A DNA stretch of 64,000 bases from Octopus sinensis (Eukaryota), in assembly GCF_006345805.1 (NCBI RefSeq), contig NC_043022.1, positions 5,456,001 through 5,520,000 on the forward strand. The letters run 5' to 3'. A model generated the notes under the pieces. It was not told where the DNA came from, searched no databases, and was given only the letters and a program-made list of their open reading frames with translations. How positions within the stretch are numbered: position 1 is the first letter of the stretch; each line of letters begins with the position of its first letter. The position numbers and the translations under genes are program-made. Of this stretch, positions 24,633 to 35,984 are shown in pieces.

Positions 24633-24879
24633 TATATACAGTTTATTTGAGAAAGTCATATCCTCATTAGGAATTATATAATCCAAGGTATTCCACTGGT
24701 TTAATCTGTATCATATAATGGTAAAATCATTGGTTTGGATTATGGTTAGGATTATTGGGGGGAAATAAGAAGAAATGCATGTAATTAATAATTTATTTGT
24801 AAATAAATACAAATAAATTATTAATTACATCCTTTTCTTCTCTATGTTTTTCTTCTTGTCTTCCTCCAAAATGCTTAGC

Positions 24880-25620
24880 AGTATTTCATCTACCATAACA
24901 TTCTGAGTTCAAATTCCGCCGAGGTCGACTTTGCCTTTCATTCTTTTCGGGGTCGATAAATTAAGTACCAGTTATGCACTGGGGTCGATGTAATTGACTT
25001 AATCCCTTTGTCTGTCCTTTATTTGTCCCCTCTATGTTTAGCCCCTTGTGGGTAATAAAGAAATAAGTATTTCATCTGCCATTACATTCTGAGTTCAAAT
25101 TCTGCCGAGGTCGACTTTGCCTTTCATTCTTTTCGGGGTCGATAAATTAAGTACCAGTTACGCACTGGGGTCGATGTCATTGACTTAATCCCTTTGTCTG
25201 TCCTTTATTTGTCCCCTCTATGTTTAGCCCCTTGTGGGTAATAAAGAAATAAGTATTTCATCTGCCATTACATTCTGAGTTCAAATTCTGCCGAGGTCGA
25301 CTTTGCCTTTCATTCTTTTCGGGGTCGATAAATTAAGTACCAGTACGCACTGGGGTCTAGATGTCATTGACTTAATCCCTTTGTCTGTCCTTGTTTGTCC
25401 TCTTGTGTTTAGCCCCTTGGGGCAATAAAGAAATAAGTATTTCATCTGCCATTACCTTCTGAGTCAAATTCTGCCGAGGTCGACTTTGCCTTTCATTCTT
25501 TTCGGGGTCGATAAATTAAGTACCAGTTACGCACTGGGGTCGATGTCATTGACTTAATCCCTTTGTCTGTCCTTGTTTGACCCCTCTATGTTTAGCCCCT
25601 TGTGGGTAATAAAGAAATAA
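24880..25620 (+). repeat. Tandem tetramer of headless family B SINE units (~186 bp)
   Basis: Units start at 24880, 25066, 25252 and 25436, each with AGTATTTCATCT and ending AAAGAAATA. Confidence 0.95.
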
Positions 25621-26353
25621 GAAGCTCACTTCCCAGCCACATGAACACAGATATATTACTCTTACTCTTTTACTCTTTTACTTGTTTCAGTCATTTGACT
25701 GCGGCCATGCTGGAGCACCACTTTTAGTATTATTCTATCGGTCTCTTTTTGCCAAACCGCTAAGTGACGGGGGACGTAAACACACCAGCATCGGTTTTCA
25801 AGCAATGCTAGGGGGATAACACACAATACACATATATATATAACATATATATTTCTTTACTACCACAAGGGGCTAAACACAGAGGGGACAAACAAGGACA
25901 GACAAAGGTATTAAGTCGATTACATCGACCCCAGTGCGTAAACTGGTACTTAATTTATCGACCCCGAAAGGATGAAAGGCAAAGTCGACCTCGGCGGAAT
26001 TTGAACCCAGAAGCAACGGCAGACGGAAATACGGCTACGCATTTCGCCCGGCTACGCATTCTGCCATATATACGACGGGCTTCTTTCAGTTTCCGTCTAC
26101 CAAATCCACTCACAAGGCATTGGTCGGCCCGGGGCTATAGCAGAAGACACTTGCCCAAGATGCCACGCAGTGGGACTGAACCCGCAACTGTGTGGTTGGT
26201 TAGCAAGCTACTTACCACACAGCCACTCGTACACACACAAACACAAACACATTCTGTAAACTGCTGAAAATGACAAAATAACACATCACTTTGGGCATGC
26301 ATTATCACAGTGAATGAGATGGTGAGAAAATCTAACAATGGACTTATTTCAAC

Positions 26354-26462
26354 AATCACCTGAAGAGGTGCATTTTACACCTTGGCTGTAAGATAATGCT
26401 TACAGAACATCTCACCAATGTACTAAAGATATAAAAAATATGTCGAAACAATTGTAGTGATT
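26354..26462 (+). ncRNA. Candidate type I hammerhead ribozyme, fully canonical core
   Basis: AATCAC-CTGAAGA(26360-26366)-G...C-GAAA(26445-26448)-CAATTGTA-GTGATT. Helix I is 6/6; stem II base GGTGCATTTT/AAAATATGTC pairs at 9/10 including G-U; palindromic helix III ACAATTGT; GUA site after 26456. Confidence 0.75.
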
Positions 26463-26975
26463 TTAAATAATAAAGAATATTGGTAATTCCTTTTGTATTT
26501 AGTTTGCAAGATTCTTTATGTGTTGAAGCGCATTTTATTGTGTCTGGGGAGAGTCATTCTCTTTTAGTGCCTTATTAATTTAACTCACTCACCGGTCCGA
26601 TAATGCTTACAGAACATATCACCAATGTACTAAAGATATAAAAAATATGTCGAAACAATTGTAGTGATTTTAAATAAAGAATATTGGTAATTCCTTTTGT
26701 ATCTGGTTTGCAAGATTCTTTATGTGTTGAAACACATTTTATTGTGTCTGGGGAGAGTCAGTCTCTTTTAGTGCCTTAGCATGGAATAAACTGCCTGCGT
26801 CAGTTGTTGACTGCCATGACACTGCATCCTTTAAGGCCCTCATGCTTTCCGAAATCCGTCGAAACTACACCTGATTATATATGCACTTTAGATGAGTTGT
26901 GGTGCACCTGAGCACTGTACACAATGTTTATTATTATTATTATTATTATTAATTTAACTCACTCACTGGTCTGAT
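26392..26975 (+). repeat. Tandem duplication of a ~207-bp pLTR-like unit; the second copy is interrupted by a LINE end
   Basis: Units start at 26392 and 26599; copy 2 resumes at 26949 with TTAATTTAACTCACTCAC. Confidence 0.9.
26779..26948 (+). mobile_element. 3' end of a CR1/L2-like LINE with (TTA)n tail
   Basis: AWNKLPASVVDCHDTASFKALMLSEIRRNYT* (26779-26874) fits the WNxLPxxVVxxxSxxSFK terminus of CR1-group ORF2; the empty site is visible in the neighbouring duplicate. Confidence 0.8.
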
Positions 26976-27139
26976 TTCTACTCATTTACTTATACTAAAT
27001 TAGTAAGGTACTAAAAGACAAAGACTCTCCCCAGATACAATAAATTTGGTAATTCCATTTTCTATCATTGATCTGTGTATTCTAACATGTATAAACATTA
27101 GCCAGAGAAGAATGTATGATTTTGAATTCTGTAACTTAC

Positions 27140-27422
27140 CGAGTGCACTTGAAGCACGCCTTATGGTAAACCACACCTTTGATAGAAACACGATCATCGC
27201 GAATACTAAAGCCACATAAACTGCAAAGGTCGGTCTGCGAGTTGCTTGCCATGTTATTCTGGCGTCGGGGCAAGCTGTGGTGACCGTAACCGATTGGCTG
27301 CAGACTACTGTTTGAGCATTGGTGCATCTGCGGAGGACATGTCAAAGGTCGCTGGTTGCAGCCATATTTTTTGAGGCTGCGCAGACTGACGCTTTCGTCT
27401 TGAACGGAGTCGAACGACTCTT
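27140..27422 (-). CDS. Exon of a LIM-domain protein (first zinc finger; domain split by a phase-2 intron)
   Basis: Polypyrimidine tract + CAG acceptor (27425-27423); 283-nt open exon; donor CG|GTAAGT (27139-27134). Encodes CSLC-x16-H-KA-C-FK-C-TR, matching the LIM pattern C-x2-C-x16-23-H-x2-C-x2-C-x2-C. Gene not identified. Confidence 0.85.
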
Positions 27423-28495
27423 CTGGAAGGAAAAGAAGGAAAGAGAAAAAAAGAAAGAAATTAAGAATTACATCAATAATTAAAAATGCCAAACGAATGA
27501 CAGAGTAATAATAAATCTTGAAGAGATTAGAAGTATATTACGAGAGGGGGTGGGGGTGGAATATACAGACTGGAAGAGAACACTAAATATAATTTTGTCA
27601 TCTGGCCAGAGTGGTCAGTAAAGTGACCGCTAGAAATAAACAGTACGGGTGTGTGTGTGTGTGGTGGGGGTGGAGGATGGTTGAGGCAGTAATGAGTTAA
27701 TGGAGAACTAAAGAAGCTACAGGCAGTTTATCGACAAAGCTACGATGTTTCTGATGGAATTGTTGCTGGTGTTCTTGTTGTTGTGGTTGTTGTTGTTGGT
27801 GTTGTTAAATGTTACATTGCTTGTGTAACTGTAATTGCTGTTGTTGTTGTTGTTGTTGTTGTTGTTGTCAATGGCAACGATGGTTGTTATAGTTATATTG
27901 CCTTTGGCGCTAATGATGATAATGACAGTAGTAGGGGGGAGGGGTAGTGAAGGTGATGTTTGTGATGGGAGTGTGGTAGTGGTGGTATTGGTGGTGGTGA
28001 TGGTTGTTGTGGTTTTGCCACCTCTGGTCATAATAATGAGGATGATGGTGATGATGGTGGCATTGGTGGTGGTAATGGTGTTGGTGGTGATGGTGGTGGT
28101 GGTGGCGATGGTGGTTTTAGTAGTGATAATTGTGGTGGTAGTGGTGTTGGTGATGGTAGTGATAGTGGTGGTGGTGGTGGTGGTGGTGGTAGTGATAGTG
28201 GTGGTGATGTGGGTGGTGGTGGAGGTGGTGATGGTGATAGTGACAGTAATGATGATGATGGTGACAGTGATGATGACAATGATGATGGTGATGATAGTAG
28301 TGACAATAATACTAGTCGTGGTGGTGATGTTGACGACATTAACAATGTCTTTGGTGGCGGCGGTGGTGGCGGCGGTGGTGGTGAGAGAGGAGAGCATTGT
28401 TGGTTTGCTGTTCAGTTCTTATTGTCTGCCACTGAAAGCAGAGTTCTTGCCGCAGGCAATATTGGCCACCGACTATAATTGGTCATTATACTTAC

Positions 28496-28538
28496 CATTC
28501 TATTGTAGAATAGCACTCCAAGAGTAGCTGAACCATTC
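28496..28538 (-). other. Candidate 43-nt exon (probably 5' UTR if spliced to the LIM exon)
   Basis: CTCTTTTAG acceptor (28541-28539) and G|GTAAGT donor (28495-28490); has an in-frame TAG in the frame that would join the LIM exon. Confidence 0.3.
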
Positions 28539-28795
28539 CTAAAAGAGTGGAGACAATCTTGACAGAGGAGCCAACCACGGAATTATGTCAATACTCGTTA
28601 GATTCGGCTATAATTAGCATGCCATTATGAGATTTCAAGACAACCATCAAATTCCTTTCATATTTGATAAGTAATTTCCACAAGTCAAGTGCAGTGGAAT
28701 ATATGAAGAATTCTCCCTTTCAGCTGAGTTGGAGAGGTAGTCACATGGAAGTGAGTGAATGGAAAAAACTGAGAAATGACAGGAACATATTATTG

Positions 28796-28835
<40 letters not shown>

Positions 28836-29030
28836 GGTGGTGAGCTGGTAGAATCATTAGCAAGCTGGATGAAATGCTTAGCAGTATTTCACTCGTCACT
28901 ATGCCGAGTTTGACTTTGCCTTTCATCCTTTCGGGGTCTATTAATTAAGTACCAGTTACATACTGGGGTCAATCTAATCGACTGTCCCACTCCCCAAAAA
29001 TTTCAGGCCCTTGTGCCTAGAGTAGAAAAG

Positions 29031-29060
<30 letters not shown>

Positions 29061-29063
<3 letters not shown>

Positions 29064-29675
29064 TAGTCTCATTTTCATAATGTGCTTTCTCTTCACTACC
29101 GAGTGCAGCTCTGTGTGCCTTGGGTATGTGCTGTGATTTGTTGTGATGCTCTGATGGTTATTGTATGGAAAGTGTTCTGCATAGGATGTGTGCAGTGCCT
29201 AGTAGTGCAATTTTCTGTATGTTATATGTGTTTGTAAGTCCTGGTACTTTTGTTATGTATTTGTCTGAATATTTTTTTATCATGCCTAATGCACCTACTA
29301 TGATAGGAATTGTTTCTGTTTTTAGACTCCACATTCTGGTTACCTCTATTTCTAGGTCTTTGTATTTTGAAAGTTTCTCCATTTCTTTTAGAGAAATGTT
29401 GTCATCTACTGGTATTGATACATCAATTAGAAAGCATTTTTTTTCTTCTAGATCTCTGACAACGATATCTGGTCTGTTGGCCTTAATTTCTCTATCTGTG
29501 TGTATTGGCATATCCCAGAGTATGGTTGCTTTCTCGTTTTCTGCGACCTTTTCTGGTGTGTGCCTATACCATCTTTTTTCTGTTATTATTCCATAATGTT
29601 GGCATAGTTTCCAGTGTATATAGGTCCCAACTCTGTCGTGTCTGTGAATATACTCCTTCTTAGCCAGGACTGGGC
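29061..29675 (-). mobile_element. 5'-truncated R4/Dong-like non-LTR retrotransposon (restriction-like endonuclease domain) in (TAA)n
   Basis: Uninterrupted frame PVLAKKEYIHRHD...RPDIVV...LIDVSIP...EKLSKYKDL...IPIIVGALG...ALLGTAHIL (RHD, PD..D and K motifs of the RLE domain); stop at 29160-29158; ~97-nt 3' UTR; (ATT)n on both sides. Confidence 0.85.
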
Positions 29676-29691
29676 TATCATTGTTATTATT

Positions 29692-29729
<38 letters not shown>

Positions 29730-30608
29730 TATTATTATTATTATTAAGATAGCAAGCTGGCATAACCGTTAGCACATTGGGTGAAATGCTTAGTGTCATT
29801 TCACCAGTCTTTATATTCAGAGTTCAAATTCTACCAGGGTCAACTTTGCCTTTCATCCTTTTGGGGTGAATAAAATAGGTGCCAGCTAAACACTGGCACC
29901 ACATAAAAAGCACCCATGCCGGCACAGTGCCACATTAAAAACACCCATGCTGGTGCAGTGTCGCATAAAAAGCACCCATGCTGGTGCCATGTAAAAAGCA
30001 TCTGTGCCAAGTCAAGTAAAAAGCACCAAGTACACTCTGTAGAGTGATTGGCATTAGGAAGGGCATCCAGCTGTGGAAACCATGACAAATCGGACTGGAA
30101 CCTGGTCAAACTGTCCAACCCATGCCAGCATGGAAAATTAACATGATGATGATGGAGGATACTGTGTCCTACCATATGTTAGCAGTGCTTAGATTTCAAT
30201 TTAATGTTGCCTTTATAGATTTTCTCGGGAATTCAGAGCCAGTGCTATAATTTATGTTTCGCAAACAAATGAGTATTTATTTACGGAACATCGTAGCTTA
30301 GAGTGGTGGGTCTGAATGCCATGGACAAACCTGTCGAGATAAGAGTGAAATGCTGCAGAATATATGTCTGTGTCTATCACTTGTGGTGATATGACTAAGT
30401 GTATGTCAAGTGATGGTGTATTACGACAGGCATAACGGCTGATACGAGATGATGTAATTCATGAGAGCATCCATACTTCAGTGGAAACAATGGGACAGGG
30501 AGAGATGTGCCTGTGCAGATTGGAATTGAGGAGGAAACGGGTGAGGTCAGACTGGAGTGGTGGCGGCATCGGTTGTAGCATCGGTAGTGGCAGAGAAGGG
30601 AGAGGAGG

Positions 30609-30609
<1 letters not shown>

Positions 30610-30640
<31 letters not shown>

Positions 30641-30770
30641 ATGGCAACAGTATGATGATGATGATGATGATGATGATGATGGTGGTGATGGCAATGGTAT
30701 GATGATGATGATGACAACGATGATGGCAATGATGAAGAGGAAGGAGAGCAGGATGATGATGATGATGGCA

Positions 30771-30806
<36 letters not shown>

Positions 30807-30912
30807 GCAATGATGATGATGATGATGACAACGATGATGGCAATGATGAAGAGGAAGGAGAGCAGGATGATGATGATGATGGCAATGATGATGATGATGA
30901 TGATGATGATGG
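30610..30912. repeat. (GAT)n-rich tract with an internal ~120-bp duplication
   Basis: GACAACGATGATGGCAATGATGAAGAGGAAGGAGAGCAGG occurs twice. Confidence 0.85.
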
Positions 30913-31999
30913 TAGACAGAAATAATCAGTGTGTGAACATAGTCATTGATTGATGCATTCATTACCACTGAATAATCAAACCCAGCCTGGGTCAGTCTGT
31001 CGTAATTAATCATCATCATCATCATCATCAATGGTCAGTCATTTTTTTTGTTTGTTTTTTTATGTTTCACTCATTAAACTGAACTGTGGCCATGCTGGGG
31101 CACCACCTTGAAGGACTGTAGTCGAACGAATCAACCTCAGGGTTTTATTTTTTCTTTAAGCCTGGTACATACTCTATCAGTGTCTTTTGCCAAACTTTTG
31201 CTAAGTTACAAGGACATAAACACACCAACACCGACTGTCAAGTGGTGATGGGTGACAAACACACACACACAAACATGTAATGATGGGCTTCTTTCAGTTT
31301 CTGTCTACCAAATCCACTCACAAAGTTTTAGTCAAGCTGAAGCTATAGAAGACACTTGCCCAAGGTGCCATACAGTGGGACTGAATCCTGAACCATGTGG
31401 CTAGGAAGTAAACTTCTTACCACATAGCCATGTCAGCACCTTTTTCGTTTTTCTTTCATTTTTTTTTTTTTTTTGAAATTGCAAAGAGAAAGCCAGCAAG
31501 GACAATAGAAAATAAAACTGACCGATCTAGTGGCTGTGTGGTAAGTAGCTTGCTAACCAGCCACATGGTTCTGGGTTCAGTCCCACTGCGTGGCATCTTG
31601 GGCAAGTGTCTTCTGCTATAGCCCCGGGCCGACCAATGCCTTGTGAGTGGATTTGGTAGACGGAAACTGAAAGAAGCCTGTCGTATATATGTATATATGT
31701 ATATATATATATGTGTGTATATATATGTGTGTGTGTGTGTATGCGTTTGTGTTTGTCCCCCTAGCATTGCTTGACGACCGATGCTGGTGTGTTTATGTCC
31801 CCGCAGTCAAATGACTGAAACAAGTAAAAGAGTAAAAGAGTAAGAGTATAGTCACCATTTATGTAGTAGAACCTTCATTAAAATCTGATTCTTTTAAATC
31901 CATAAATTTAAGCAAATCTCAAGAGGAGGAAGACAGGAAAAGAAAACAACAAAAATCTCAGCAATTCAACTGATTACGTTTTGTTTTCGTTCTTCTTTC

Positions 32000-32220
32000 A
32001 GACAAGATGGCAAATTGGCGACAAATACCAATTAGTACCAAAACTAAACCACTTCAAATTGAGTTGGAACCGAAATAAGAAACCACGATGGTAAAAGATA
32101 GAATAATAAGCGTTTGTTTTGTTGTCAAGTGTTTTGGAAGAATAAGAAGAACCAAAACAAAAGACAGAAGATTCAGAGACAGCATGACTGACGATTGACA
32201 TCTGACGATTGACGTATTTG
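32000..32220. promoter_or_regulatory. Candidate promoter-like unique segment
   Basis: CAAGATGGC (YY1-like, 32003-32011), ATTGG (32014-32018), direct repeat TGACGATTGAC at 32189-32199 and 32203-32213 (TGACG half-sites). Confidence 0.3.
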
Positions 32221-32460
32221 CCTCAAGTAGAAATGGAAATATGATTTGATGAGTTACAGGCTTCAGCCATGTGAATAGATTTGTATCCAGGTGAGTAAAT
32301 AATTTACTGAAGAGAGAGAGAGAGGACAGTGAGGTAGGGAAGTATAAGGTACAGAAGGAAATGAAGGACCACCACCACCATCATCATCATCATCGTTATC
32401 ATTATAATAATACATCCATTTTCCATGCTGGCATGGGTTGGACAGTTTGGCAGGAGATAA

Positions 32461-32940
32461 CAAGGTTGGAAGATGGCAAGGCTGGGAGATGGCAAGGCTG
32501 AGAGAGAGCAAAGCTGGGAGAGGGCAAGGCTGGGAGATGGAAAGGCTGGGAAAGGGCAAGGGAGGGAGAGGGAAAGGCTGGGAGAGAGCAAAGCTGGGAG
32601 ATGGAAAGGCTGGGAGAGGGCAAGGCTGGGAGATGGCAAGGCTGAGAGAGGGCAAGGCTGAGAGAGGGCAAGGCTGGGAGAGGGCAAGGCTGGAAAAGGG
32701 CAAGGCTGGGAAAGGGCAAGGGAGGGAGAGGGAAAGGCTGGGAGAGGGCAAGGCTGGGAAAGGGCAAGGGAGGGAGAGGGAAAGGCTGAGAGAGAGAGCA
32801 AAGCTGGGAGATGGAGAGGCTGGGAGAGGGCAAGGCTGGGAGAGGGCAAAGCTGGGAGAGGGCAAGGCTGGGAGATGGACAGCAAAGCTGGGAGACAGCA
32901 AGTTTGGGAGACGGTAAGGTTGGGAGATGGCAAGGCTGGA
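32461..32940. repeat. 16-bp purine-rich minisatellite (GGGAGAGGGCAAGGCT)n between a family D-type tail and a family C head
   Basis: Roughly 28 degenerate units, directly visible; flanked by minus-strand SINE parts at ~32375-32450 and ~32935-33045. Confidence 0.9.
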
Positions 32941-33924
32941 GCAATGTAAAATAAAGTGTCTTGCTCAAGGCCGCTGTGCATCCCCTGGAATTGAACTGAT
33001 GACCTTATGATTGTGAGTCAAACACACTAACCACTAAGCCACTCACACCTCATTGGAACCATACAGTTGTAAAACAAACTGCTCAGCCATATGGCCATTG
33101 TTACACTGCAATAAAAAAAAAATCAGAAGTCTTATGGTTGTGACTGTAATTGATCCATCAAAAGATGCAATATGCTATCAGGAATTGAACTCACAACCTT
33201 ACGATTGTGAGCCAAATACCCTAACCACTAAGTTATGCACCTTATAAGACAAAGGATCACCTTATCCAATGTATCGTTTTTTTTTTGTATTTAATGATAC
33301 TCTCTTCTACTACAGCCTGGGGCTGACCAAAGCCTTGTCAGTGGATTTGGTAGACAGAAACTGAAAGAAACCATCATATATATATATATGTGTGTGTGTG
33401 TGTTTATGTGCCTGTGTTTGTCCCCTAACCATTGCTTGAGAACCAATGCTGGTGTGTTTACATTCCCATAACTTAGCTGTTCGGCAAAAGAGAGTGATAG
33501 AATAGGTACTAGGCTTACAAAGAATAAGTCCTGGGGTCGTTTTTATCAACTAAAGGCAGTGCTCTAGCATGGCCTTAGCCAAATGACTTGAAACAAGTAA
33601 AAGAATAAAAGAATGCTGTCTCTACCATTTCCAGTGAGTCTATAAAGACTCTTTCCTGATCTCCTTTATCTATCAGCTCTACACAGAACATATTTGAAAT
33701 TCAAAATTTTCAGACAAAATCTCTACAGAATAACAAACACCCATTATTTGGACCACTTATAACTGATGTATATCAAAGCCGATGTCTCACAGCAATGTAG
33801 TAAACAACAGTTTGGAGTAGCCTTTTTTTTGGCTTTCATTACTGAAGAGATTTCACTGTTAGAAAAACCTGTTGGAGCCAAAATATTGATAAAATGTTCG
33901 GCGACAGTGTTTGGTAGTCAAGGT

Positions 33925-34335
33925 CAACAGGAGTGGCTGTGTGGTAAGTAGCTTGCTAACCAACCACATGGTTCCGGGTTCAGTCCCACTGCGTGGCATC
34001 TTGGGCAAGTGTCTTCTGCTATAGCCTCGGGCCGACCAAAGCCTTGTGAGTGGATTTGGTAGATGGAAACTGAAAGAAGCCTGTCGTATATATGTATATA
34101 TATGTATATGTATGTATGTGTATGTGTTTGTGTGTCTGTGTTTGTCCCCCTAGCATTGCTTGACAACCGATGATGGTGTGTTTACATCCCCATCACTTAG
34201 CGGTTCGGCAAAAGAGACCAATTGAATTAGTACTGGGCTTACAAAGAATAAGTCCCGGGGTCGATTTGCTCGACTAAAGGCGGTGCTCCAGCATGGCCGC
34301 AGTCAAATGACTGAAGCATGTAAAAGAGTAAAAGA
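33925..34335 (+). mobile_element. Family A SINE
   Basis: Near-identical to 2317-2728. Confidence 0.9.
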
Positions 34336-34869
34336 GAGAGATATTGAGATTGGTCTATACACAGTGATGATGGCACTAATGACTGTTTTGTTAAAGCCAT
34401 GTGCTGTACTTATAACAATATACTAATATACCAGTTTCTGTTTCCTTGTACTTAAAGCAAGGGGAAGAATTTAAACTGAAACACAATCTCTAACATTAGA
34501 AATGATCTCACCAAAAGAATTCAAACAGTACACAGCTTGTCTTCAACTTTACCCCTACCTCTCTCTCTCTCTCTTAATCCGTCCGTCTATCTATCTACTT
34601 ATTTATTTATCTATCTAGCACACATGCATACTTACATACATACAGTAAATATTAAGCATGATACATCGTGTGTACTCCATCCTTTAAAGTACTTGGCGAT
34701 TGGAAGGACATCCAAATAGGAAAACTACAAAAATAAGCACAAAAAAGAACCCCTGCTATCTCCATTGCTAATGAAGAAGGGTCATTATGAGTAGTCTGAC
34801 ATGATGAGACAAGTCCAGAAAAAAACCACAAAAAATAGTGATAACAATGATGATGATGCTGATGGTTAA

Positions 34870-35008
34870 ATAAATTTACAATAATCTTTTAATTTTTCCA
34901 AAATTTAATTGTTTTCCACACTTACATTTGATAAAGTCTCAATGACTGAAACCGGTACTGAAATGTTCTTTATAAAATTATTTTAGCATTTTCTACCTTG
35001 ACTTTTTT

Positions 35009-35010
<2 letters not shown>
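34870..35010 (+). mobile_element. Monomeric relative of the 53455-53669 foldback, with a U3-A8 hammerhead motif at 34925-34960
   Basis: CAT-TTGATAA-AGTC-TCAAT-GACT-GAAA-CCGGTA-CTG. The downstream 50 bp match the foldback arm and the upstream part matches the reverse complement of its loop; ends at (TA)n. Confidence 0.7.
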
Positions 35011-35044
<34 letters not shown>

Positions 35045-35048
<4 letters not shown>

Positions 35049-35388
35049 GGTAAAGACCCCCTTCGGTCATGAATGACCATGGGATTGCACCTAGAAAGTT
35101 ACCCTCCTAGACACAAGTCCGGGCAAGGTTGTTTATGGAAGGCCAGCAGTCGCCCATGCATACCGGCCTCCCCTCTCCACGCCACCAGTGTTATCCAAGG
35201 GAAAGACAAAGGTCGATACAGCTTGGCACCTGTGACGTCGCAACTCATTTCTACAGCTGAGTGAACTGGAGCAACGTGAAAAATAAAGTGCTTTGCTCAA
35301 GAACACAACACGCAGCCCGTACCGGGATTCGAGCTCACAACTTCACGATCGTAAGCTCGACGCTCTAACCACTGAGCCATGCGCCTTC
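35045..35388 (-). mobile_element. Young SINE with family C tRNA-like head and a distinct 3' body
   Basis: Head GGCGCATGGCTCAGTGGTTAGAGCG...GAGCTCGAATCCC (A and B boxes); body also seen at ~11865-12125 and ~19903-20012. Confidence 0.85.
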
Positions 35389-35395
35389 CCATATA

Positions 35396-35428
<33 letters not shown>

Positions 35429-35950
35429 GATATATATTTGTGTGCCTGTGTTGGTCCCCCCCACCATTGCTTGACAACCAATGTTGGTGTGTCCCATGGC
35501 CTTGTCGTTAGAGTGTCACACTCGTTATCACCAAATCATGTGTTCAATTCCAAGACTGGGTGACGTGTTGAGTTCTTGAGCAAAACACTTCATTTCATGT
35601 TGCTTTGGTGCTGTGTGGGGACCAGCTTGCCAAAGAATCGGCCCAACATTTCTTCCTCGGCATGTCATAAAGGCCGACTAAAAATGGCTGAGGTAGAATT
35701 TGCACTCCGACCCCATAAAACCCCCTCACCAGCAATGACTACCCCCCACGAGCAGACCCATGGGTTGGAGGCTTGTCGCCTCCGTGGTGCAACGGCGTTG
35801 TCCTCCAGGATTAGTAGGGAATCACCAACTGTGGATGCAGAAATCCACTGTTACAGCGCATGACCCATTATTAATCCTACTACTACTACTACTACTACCA
35901 CTACTACTACCACTACTACTACCACTACTACTACTACCACCACCACCACC

Positions 35951-35984
<34 letters not shown>

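Noticed and set aside
27717-28527. Thr/Asn-rich and Val-rich ORFs of ~230 aa next to the LIM exon; similar His/Met-rich ORFs at 30459-31031 and 57344-58012
   Set aside because: Degenerate trinucleotide repeats; no convincing splice pair in a compatible phase.
35310-35388. tRNA gene
   Set aside because: The tRNA-like A/B boxes run directly into a SINE body repeated elsewhere in the window, and no convincing cloverleaf acceptor stem is present. The same applies to the family A and B heads.
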